Positions 54,396-64,000 of a stretch of 64,000 bases of DNA are shown here, piece by piece. The notes beneath the pieces were generated by a model. That model was not told where the DNA came from and did no database searches. It saw only the letters and a list, made by a program, of their open reading frames with translations. Positions within the stretch are counted from its first letter, which is position 1. Each line of letters starts with the position of its first letter. The position numbers were made by a program, and so were the translations under genes. Origin of the DNA: Nageia nagi (Eukaryota > Plantae > Pinophyta); contig JBITNC010000001.1 in assembly GCA_050084985.1 (NCBI GenBank), forward strand, positions 42,160,001 to 42,224,000. The letters are read 5' to 3'.

Positions 54396-55722
54396 CATGC
54401 TTGATTATTATTACACTTATTCTTCTACTTCGTTCGGTGGACAAGACCTTAGCGGAACGCTAAGCGTATTCCTTAGGTGGAACATCTAAGAGGGTAATCA
54501 GGCATTGAGATCCTGATTATCTATGACATTGGTGGAGCACCATTACCCATCTGGTGGTACCCAAGGGTTTATTCCTACCGTTCAATCAGTTGTCCAGAGA
54601 TCGAGGGAGGCTCCTTTAATGGGCAAGAATTGAGATATGAGGGAATAGATCTATTCTATGGTTCTGAGGTGATTGTAGATTTCCTTCATTGTGTTCATTT
54701 TGGCTCTTGAGAAGCCCACAATTGCCCTAGGGGCTTTGTATGACTTGTATTGCTCTATATTGTCAATATACATTCCGAGGGTATTTGGATATCATATTGT
54801 GTTGTAATCACTTGTTTGGTGCATGCGATGGAATGATTGTGGCTATCATATTTGTATTGCTTATGCGATGATGTTATGATGTTTAAATAGTTGAATATTG
54901 CATATTGAGGCTAGATGTCAGCATTTTGGTATTGTGAGTGTGCTTAGTGGGTATATTAACCCCAACATTGGCATCCTAAGAGTTTGATTGTGCTTTGAGA
55001 GTGCTCTAGGCTTGCCGTCAGAGTTTGAAGGGTGTGGAAAGTTGTTTTTGAGTGGAGATCTATTTTGGATCATCACAAGTGGTATCAAAGCCCAAGATCT
55101 TGCCACCTGAGAAGATCGAGGCCAGATCTATAGTCAAAGTAAAGAAGTCTGAGTATGGCTAGAGGGTTTTCCGCTAGTTGCTTCAGAGATTTGAAGAGAA
55201 TGTTTCTCCAGAGGAAAGGGAGAAGCTCGTCTGGTTCTTGGGAGAATGGCATGTAGAGAGGATGAGAAAGAAGAAAGGGGAGGCATGGCAGCCCAGATCT
55301 GTGCCGCCCCACAATACACCGCCGAGAATTGAGATCTTGCTCCAAATCTACTGTGGCACTGCAAAGGAATTCCAGAGAGATGTCACTTTCTGTATGTATC
55401 AAGATTTGCTGGGGTATGGAGTAGTGGCTTGATAGAAGGCCAAAGTTGGAGGGTTGGAGCCAACCCTAAAACCCACGTCCGAACCAGGAGGGATTCGAGA
55501 AGGAGATACTGCCCTGGATCAGAAGAAGAGGGTCGAGAGGAAGCTAATGCTTCGAGCCAATGCTACTAGGGGAAGATTGGAGGCCATCACTGAGGTAGTA
55601 TCGACTAGGAAGATGGACACCATTATCCGAAAGGACATAGAATGGGCTTGCATCTTCACCCTGGCTAAAGGAGGCCCCACGTTGCACAATGGGGAGGCCA
55701 AGGAGTATCCGTCTGAGATCCA

Positions 55723-58490
55723 ATGCATCCTAGGTCGTTATTCAAACATTTTGAGGATATACCCAAGGGTTTGCCACCGTCCAGAGGGTTTGAGCATATG
55801 GTGGAGTTGGAAGCGAGAGCCAAACCAATCATGGTCACTCCCTACAAGCATCCAAAGGTTTACAAGGATGAGATAGAGAAGACAATTAAGGAGTTACTTG
55901 ATATGGGATTCATTTGGCCCAGTTCCAGCCCATTTGCCTCTTCTGTGGTGTTGGTGAAGAAGAAGGATGGGACAATGAGGATGTGCATAGACTATAGGTT
56001 GCTCAATAAGAAGACCATTAAAAATAAATATCCGATCCCAAGGGTGGACAATCTTATTGATGAGTTGCACGGAGCAAAGTACTCCTCCAAGATTGGTTTG
56101 AGGTTCGGTTATCATTAGATTAGGATGAAGGAGGATGTCCACAAGATAGCTTTCCGATGTCATTATGGTCATTTCGAATTCCTGGTGATGTCATTCAGAT
56201 TGACTAATGCACCAGCTACATTTCGATTAGCTATGAATCAGGTCTTCAGAGATCAATTGCGAAGTTTGTGTTGGTATTCTTCGATGACATCTTGATATAC
56301 AGCCGAACATGGGAGGAACACCTTAGGCACCTGAATCATGTTTTAAAGGTACTATAGGAGCAAAAGTTCTACGCCAAACTATCTAAATGTGAGTTTGACA
56401 TGACAAAGATACTGTATCCAGGGCATATCATCAGCCATGAGGGAGTCATGGTAGATGAGCATAAGATATCAGCCATTCACGAATGGCCAACCCCACAACC
56501 CTTACATAGCTGAGAGGGTTCTTAGGGTTGTGCAACTATTATAGGTGGTTCATTCGTGGTTTCTCTCACCTAGCTTCCCCCCTCACGCAGCACACTAAGA
56601 AGGATGCATTCATTTGGGGTAGTGAGGCTTAGGAAGCCTTTGAGAGGCTCAAGACGATCATGTGTAATTGCCCCTATTTGGCCATACTAGATTTCTCAGC
56701 CCCCTTCACCGTGGAGTGTGATGCCTCCAAGTTGGGCGTAGGAGTTGTGTTGATGCAGAATGGGCAGCCGATTGCATTTGAGAGCCGGAAGTTGTCTAGT
56801 GCATAACAGAGTTTCAAACGTTTATGACAAGGAGATGTTGGTCATTATGCATGCGCCGGAGAGAGTCAAGCAGTACTTGGTTTGTGAACCCTTCACCATT
56901 CGAAGTGATCACAATAGTCTAAAGTATTTCCTCAGCCAGACAAACTTGAGTGAGAAGCAACAAAGATGGGTAAGCAAACTCCAATTGTTTGATTTTGAGA
57001 TCCAGTATGTCAAAGGAAGGAAGAACACGACAATTGATGCACTATCCAGAAATCCCTCTTTATACCCCTCCTCCATTGCGGCTGAATGAAAGAAGGACAT
57101 CATGGATGAATACGCTCAGGATGAGTTTGCTTCCAATATTATTAGTGGTTCGGTGAAAAACAATAGTTATGTAGTCAAGGGGGGCTTATCTTGAAGAGGA
57201 ACCGGGTCTCCTTAACCCCAACGTCTGAGGTTAAGAAGAAAGTGTTGCATGCACTCCACAGTACCCCTCTCGCAGGAAACCCAAGCATCATGAAGACCTA
57301 TTAGGCTGTGAGGGAGAGATTCACCTAGAGAGGGCTCAAGCAAGATGTCTTGAGGCACGTACAGGAGTGTAGATGTTGCCAGGTGAATAAGGAGGAGCAT
57401 ATGAAGTCGGGAGGATTGCTTTAGCCATTGCCCATACCTCACCAGAAATGGGAGGACATCTCCATGGACTTCATCACCAGCCTACCTAAGGTCCAAGGCA
57501 AGGACAGTATCTTAGTAGTGGTGGATAGGCTCACCAAGTTCGCCCATTTCCTTGCCATCACCACCACCCACATGACTGCACATATAGCATATCTATTCTT
57601 TAAAGAGATCTTCAAGTTGCACGGGTTGCCGAAGAGGATAGTAAGTGATCGGAACAACAAGTTTGAGTTTGTTCTGGCAGGAGTTGTTCCGGTTGAGTGG
57701 GATGAATCTCACCCCTAGCACCAGCTACCACCCGCAAACAGATGGACAAATTGAGATTGTCAACAAATGGGTAGAGGGTTACCTAAGACATTATGTGACA
57801 GGTCAACAACAGACATGGGTCAAGTGGCTCCACGTTGGGGAGTATTGTTGTAACACTACTCATCATATGTCCATTAAGATGTCTCCTATCTGTACTTTAT
57901 ATGGTTATGATCCTCCTAACTTTAGATCTGATTTTTGATGAAGGAAGGGCACCCAAGGCTAATGATTTCTTGCAGGAGTACCAGGACATTATGAGGGTGC
58001 TGAGGGAGAACTTGCAGTGGCCCAGAATCAATAGAAGAAGTATTATGATCAGCACAGGACAAAGAGGAGCTTCGAGGTGGGAGATATGGTGTATTTACGA
58101 TTGTAGCCATTCCGATAGTCATCACTCAAGAAGCAGAAGGCAGAGAAGTTACAGCCAAGGTTCTTGGCCCATACAAGGTCTTGCGCAAGGTGGGAGATGT
58201 TGCTTACGAGTTGGAGTTGCCATAGGGGAGTAGGATACACAAAACCTTCCACGTCTCAATTCTGAAGAAGGTTGAGGAGCAGCAGGATGTTTCATCCACT
58301 GTTCTCCCCCCACTTGATGATGAGGGACGGTTGGTTCTGATTCCAGAGAGGGTGTTGGAGACTAGAGTCAAGAAGTTGAGATCGAGACAGATTCAAAAGT
58401 ACCTCATCAAATGGAAGGATCTTCTGGATGAAGACTCAACATGGGCAGGAGCAGACATACTCACACATCCATCATTAAGTTGCTTAAGGG
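55723..58490 (+). pseudogene. Gypsy pol relic (RT, RNase H, integrase, chromodomain)
   Basis: [38 protein letters not shown]; FFDDILIYS ~56278; VECDAS ~56711; SDHNSLKYF; KWEDISMDFITSLPKVQGKDSILVVVDRLTKFAHF; YHPQTDGQ; chromodomain KYLIKWKDLLDEDSTW. Confidence 0.95.
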
Positions 58491-61400
58491 CAAGCAATCT
58501 CGATAGGGGAGGCTTTGTGATGTCTCCCTTGTCTTCTAGTCATTAATTGTATGATCTGGAAGGATCTATTTGTAATATACTCTTCTTATGTATTGCTCTT
58601 TATGTTGTAACTTAAGATAGGAGACTTAATGGGTCAATGGAATCCACTGTGATCCCCAAGTGGGACATCTCCCTCCTAAGGATAGATTAGGAGTATTTAT
58701 CATGCTTGGAGATCTTGTTAATGATTGTGGGAATCCCAAGATATATGTTATGTCAAATAATCACTTGTATACATGCACCAGGCTTGGGAGGATCCCACAC
58801 CCCCACGTTGGCCCAATTATGCTCCTAAACCCCATGTCTACCCCCCCTGCACATAATGGGCATGTGTGGCACCCCATGACCTAGTCATTGGTATTTAACA
58901 CTCCATGGGACCCCATGTTGGCATGTCTAGCCATTAGACACCCACGTTGGGCATTCCAGGCCCCCAAGAAACCAAAGTTGGAATAGGAGCTAGATGGTGA
59001 TTCCTAGATAGGACCCTGACATGATAATGTATAAATAGACACATGGGGCTCATTATTGGACATGCTTGATTATTATTACACTTATTCTTCTACTTCGTCC
59101 GATGGACAAGACCTTAGCGGAGCGCTAAGCGTATTCCTTAGGTGGAACATCTAAGAGGGTAATCAAGCATTGAGATCCTGATTATCTATGACATTGGTGG
59201 AGCACCATTGTGCATTTGGTGGTACTCGAGGGTTTATTCCTACCATTCGATCAGTTGTCTAGAGATCGACGGAGGCTTCTTCAATGGGGAAGAATTGAGA
59301 TATGAGGGAATAGATCTATTCTATGGTTTCGAGGTGATTGTAGATTTTCTTCATTGTGTTCATTTTGGCTCTTGAGAAGCCCACTATTGCCCTAGGGGCT
59401 TTGTATGACTTGTATTGCTCCGTAATGTCAATATAAATTTTGAGGGCTTTTGGATATCATATTTTGTTGTAATCACTTGTTTGGTGCATGCGTTGGAATG
59501 ATTGTGGCTATCATATTTGTATTGCTCATGCGATGATGTTGTGATGTTTAATTGGTTGTCAGCATTCTGGTATTGTGAGTGTGCTTAGTGGGTATATTAA
59601 CCCCAATGTTGGCATCCTGAGGGTTTGATTGTGCTTTGAGAGTGCTCTAGGCTTGTCGTCAAAGTTTGAAAGGTGTGGAAAGGTGTTTTTGAGTGGAGAT
59701 CCATTTTGGATCATCCAAAAGGGTGGTGCAAGGGTGAAAGAGGCAAATTGTGTAACTCGAGAAGCTCACACCAGGATGACTAACAGACTCAAGTTGGGCG
59801 CATGGAAAAAAAAAGACAAAATCTTGTCTTTTTTGGCATGCTCCAGTCCAAAAGACCCCCTTGAACACCCACATTAGTCTTTCAAGTGCAAAATCTCGAA
59901 CTTTAGGTGGGTACATCAAAGACATCACTAGAATCACCAAAGAACTGAAAGAACTGGAGGACAACCAGGAGAAACAATGCCCTAAAGGAGAGCGCACACC
60001 TCCCAGATCATATTATTTTCAAGACAAGGTCGTTGCAGAAGAACAAAGGCATCCTCAACAAGCACGTGATGAAGGAGTCGAGCTAAATGCTGCAGAAGCA
60101 AGGGAGATGCAAGTCAAAGTGTACTTCAGGAACATAGAGGTGTGGTGTTGCAATTGCAACAATTTAATTTAAATTTTAATTTATTGCAGTTTATTTTGAA
60201 TTTGGATTTCAAAACTAATTAAATTCAGTTCAGCCTTGTGACGGATGAGGATTTTCTCCCACAAGTGTTGGAATAGATCTTGTAACATGTGGCAAAATTT
60301 CATTGGACCTTTTTTAATTTTCTTGAAATTCACATTAGGGTTAGGGCAACACTTAAGGTTGCCATGAAAACTATTTATACCCTTTGGATACTCATTTGTG
60401 GGGGGATGGAAATTTTGGATAATGGACATGAACATTTGCTAATAGAGTAGTAGAATAATTCTTCCCATCAAGTACTTGTCTATTGGAAATGTGGCATGAT
60501 CTTTAAGTTAAATTGCACAACTCCATTTCTTTGTGACTATGGACTTTGGCATGTAATGTTATCATTGGTGTGTGTTACTTAGATGTTTGGTACATTTTGC
60601 AAACCTCTTGAGAGGTGGGTAAAAGAATGATTGATTATCTTTCAAAGTGTTGAATGTAATGCATAGTTAATGATTGCTCATGGTATGCAACTAGGCTTGT
60701 ATAATTCCGAAGTGTATTCCCCTATGACGTTCAACATAGAACTTCATCCACTTGTTGAAGGTGCCATTCGTGCCACAACTAACACCATTACTCCCTTAGA
60801 CGCATGCTTCCTCCTCTAGACCATTCATGTTGTTGGCTAGTGTGAAAGGATATATCCTCCTTCTATACCATTCGTGTTGTTGGCTAGTATGAGAGGATAG
60901 GTGGATGCGTGGAACTCATAACGAACCCGTAGGAACTTGACATTCAAACACTGTACCCATCAATGGAGATTGATGTAAAGGGCCGGATGCATATGCCTCG
61001 AGCCATTTCCAAATTTCTCTCCTACACTTGTTTTATTTTACACTTTCTTTTCATGGCTTTTCACATCCCCTTTTATTTAAAGTATTTGAGAAACAACCCT
61101 TGTCTAGGCATCGAAGCAATCCAAGTCCTTGATTAACAAATTTCATTTGAGTTGGTGTCAACTTCAAACATCCTAGCCAATCTCTGAGTCTTGTTCTTGC
61201 ACATCCATCCAAGAGACCTTTGAGGTAACTAGTCCTCATAGCGGGAAGGGGTAACACTCTTTCACCTAGGTGTTGGTTTCTTTGTGACCCTTGCAACTTA
61301 TTTTCTCATCCATAAGATAGGAAAGAAAAACTATCCAACACCTGGGATCCATACACCCTGATGTATGTATAGTTTGAGTGTTGCAGGTAAAAATCAGCGT

Positions 61401-63048
61401 GGCCTTCGAGAGAATCTATAGCTGTGTTTGAGATCCTCTTTACCTGCGCTTCTCCTTTGATCTCCTTAAGTATCTGATATTCCCAATTGTTCATCTTCAT
61501 GTAGTAATGGGAATACTTACTCCCAACCACCACTTTGGATAGCATCTCCATATCGGTGCCCCTTCTTTGCCTAACAATTTCACCTTGCCATGTGTTGTGA
61601 TCTTGTTCTTTCCTACCAAGAGCAAGTATACCAGGTATGATCATATAGAACTTATTTGTCTCAATAGACGATATTTGGTTCTTCAAGGCTTCTTTGATCA
61701 TCAGTCCCCATCTTATTTCTTTCCTCGTCTAATCAAGTGTATGAAAATGAAAAATTCTTTTCTAAACTTGACATCATCTTCTTTGCCTAATACTCTGGAT
61801 AACAAACAAATCAGCTTCGATACCATAGGGTGGAAATTTGTTCTCTTGGCATTTAACAAGGCATTCCCTTTGAGTTCTCTTGCATCTGGATAAAGCCTTA
61901 CTCAGATCATGTTACCTTGTCCTTTCAACAGCTCATACACGACCATGGAATGCTCTTCCATGCATTTGATACCATAACCTTCCCATCCAAATGCATCTTC
62001 TACACCTTTTGGAGTGAATATCACAATGATATTGTCGTTGCTATCGTGGAGGGTTCTTGCTCCTACATCACACCGCTTTTCTACTTCATAGCACAACTTT
62101 GGAAACACGACTGCGAATGGAATAATTGTTGCTTTAACCAACCCAAAGTGATAGATCAAGTCAATGGATAAGCTTTCATTTGGAATTTATACTATCTTCT
62201 CCAACATCTTGATTGGATTTGTATGCTGCCAATTTGTATCTCTAATGTTCACAAGGCCACTCTTGACATGGACTTCAGGCAATGGGTCTTTACTAGATTT
62301 CTCCAATTCAATGGGGTTAGGTCTCAAAAGGTTCTTCAAACTCCTTGCCCAATTGTCTGAGGTGAACTGTAATTTCTCCATGGTGGTGTACTTGCAAATT
62401 ATCCAACAAAATAAGTTAAGAGCTTATGGCCTAGAGTGAGGATGTGGTCTTTTAAGTACGTGTCCATGGATAGGATATTTGAGTGAAAGGATGTCTTTGA
62501 GGGGAAAATGAAGTGAAGGATGAGGCTCTAGGATGGATCTGTCTACCTTAGGGTTTCTTGCCTTAGTCCAAAGTGTGGCACAAATCTCTAGGAGGATAGG
62601 GTTTGCATCTAGAAGGAGATTTGCGCCTAAGGTAAGATGGGATATCCTTGCACAAACTTCAAGGGGGACAAAGGTGGTGTCTAGGTGGAGACTTGCACTA
62701 GGGATGTATGCACATGAGGAAGAGGAGTCTTGGAAGCATGCACATGAGAAAGATGTGTCTTGGTAAAGGGATCATGGTGCAAGTTTCAAGAAGGTTTAAT
62801 TTCGTGTCCAGGTGAAGGTTTGTGCCTAGGAAGCATGCACAAGAGGGAAGGGATCCTTGGTGCAAGTGTGGGGGAAGACAAGCTTATTATCTTGTAGTGG
62901 ATTGCTGCTTAGGAGTCATGCGCATGGATTGCTGCCTTGGCGCAAATGTTAGAGAGGATGCGTTCATGACTACCTAAGGACTTGCGCTAGAAGGGGTGCA
63001 ATCTCAACCAAAAGGCTCAAACATCAAACTTAATATGGCTCAACTTAT

Positions 63049-64000
63049 TGTGACGTCCCATTTGGACCATTGACAAAATATCTCATGGTCACTTTGCAAT
63101 CTAGTGTTTGTTTATGGTCATGTTGTACATGTGTAACTCAAGTAGGAGCTAATGATATGTGGAACCCACTGTGAGCCCAGTAATGGGACGTCTCCCCTTG
63201 AGTAGTGTTGTGTTAGTTTGTAATGGGTTATCCCGGATTGTGGGAATCCCTAGATAGGCATGAGTCGTGTATAGTCCAGAGTGCACAGAGTGACATACCA
63301 GCGTTGGGAGGACCCCACTTACCCCATGTTAGCTTATGAGGCCACCTGGACCCCCACATCAGCTTAAGGAGGCTCATTAAGCCCCATGCCGGCCTTGAGG
63401 GCCTTTATGATCCCCACGTTGGCATTCTGGGCCCATGGGACCCCCATGTTAGCATACTGGGCCAATATGACCCTCACGTTGGCATGGTTGACCTATTGAC
63501 CCCAACGTTGGAATAGACATGGCTTGGGATGATAACTAGGCATAACGGTTGGACATGAGAGGCTATATATTGAGGATGGAGTTCCATTATAGGGTTAGCT
63601 ATTGATTATACTTCTTCTATACTGAACCCGATCGGGCATACAAGTCTTGGTGATGCTGAGTATTATTCCTAGACGGCGTCTAGAGGAGTGATAAGGTTGG
63701 AAGCCTAGCATTCTACAACTTAGGTGGGTCACCTTGTTCATTCGGCGGTATTCCGAGGATGAGCTTCTACCTTCAATGGTTATCCAGGGTTCGAGGAGGC
63801 TCCTTCGCAGGAGAGGATTCGGAGTTTGAGGGAGTTAGTCTTTACTGTGGTGTTCGGCTTGTACATGGGTTTGAAACCCTAGATCTGGATATTGAGATCC
63901 TCATTGTACTCCATTGCATATCATAATATAATCCATCTCATTGTGTCTCTCTCAATTATGTTGTTCATTGTTGTGTATGTGTATCTCTTATATTGTGACA
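63049..64000 (+). mobile_element. LTR of another Reina-related element inserted in element X (runs off the window)
   Basis: Starts TGTGACGTCCC. Shares CCCACTGTGAGCCC, TGTGGGAATCCC and repeated CCCCACGTTGGCAT motifs with the 51108/58517 LTRs but is clearly diverged. Confidence 0.8.

Larger units (their letters stand above)
51108..59718 (+). mobile_element. Two-LTR Ty3/Gypsy chromovirus (Reina-like), gag/protease largely deleted
   Basis: 5' LTR 51108-51627 + 54401-55077 and 3' LTR 58517-59718 (~1.2 kb each). TSD AAGGG (51103-51107 / 59719-59723). PBS TGGTATCAAAGC 55080-55091. PPT AGGGGGAGG 58505-58513. Confidence 0.95.
50140..61340 (+). mobile_element. Solo LTR 'A' (~2.6 kb = 50140-51107 + 59724-61340), interrupted by the Reina element
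   Basis: TGTTGTGACTAGCACAACATGCCCCAAAAT...AAAAACTATCCAACA. TSD CTTGG (50135-50139) / CCTGG (61341-61345). No internal domains. Confidence 0.88.
49546..62381 (-). pseudogene. Orphan TE accessory ORF (~540 codons when 62381-61341 and 50134-49546 are joined)
   Basis: ORF pieces 62187-62381, 61902-62159, 61306-61701 and 49823-50119 join across the solo-LTR TSD as ...YTYIRVYGSQ|VVPH(short CA expansion)MLPKYVCNRIILLEFCNQL.... The frame continues through stops to ...FMGDNFEEEVTLLLRLL* at 49546. Confidence 0.75.
48370..63048 (-). mobile_element. Element X: old LTR-type element (LTR 3' end at 48370) carrying an orphan ORF, split by solo LTR A; other end beyond 63048
   Basis: The reverse complement of 48370-49500 is collinear with the 3' 1 kb of the A-family LTRs: CCTTGTGATGGATG...CTCCCACAAGTG; TTAGGG...GGGCTCATT; CCTT.G.GGTAAC.AGTCCT; end GGAAGGAAAAACATCCCTACA versus GGAAAGAAAAACTATCCAACA. 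Confidence 0.7.

Overview
AT-rich eukaryotic DNA, most likely from a large-genome plant; gymnosperm is inferred from old nested LTR retroelements, very long introns and a PLS-type PPR relic. There are no prokaryotic genes, CRISPR-Cas, rRNA or tRNA, and nearly all entries in the ORF track are spurious or are TE fragments. One host gene is present and is invisible to the ORF track: the five 3' coding exons (minus strand, 47357 down to 40180) of a conserved HAD-superfamily protein resembling Arabidopsis At2g45990. Its 5' exons lie beyond the window end. The rest is TE landscape: a Copia 3' end inserted into an L1; a decayed PPR gene that looks like a tandem repeat; a two-LTR Copia (12489-20141); a MULE with a perfect 9-bp TSD; an RTE/RTEX-like LINE; and Reina-like chromoviruses. 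The gene's >16 kb intron holds a TSD-resolved multi-layer nest: element X contains solo LTR A, which contains a Reina element, which contains solo LTR A'. Two observations stand out. (i) The A-family LTRs carry an array of ~42-bp palindromes separated by variable spacers. (ii) The related element X appears to carry a ~540-codon orphan ORF inside its LTR (U3 region), with only traces left in the solo LTRs. All alignments and translations were done by eye.
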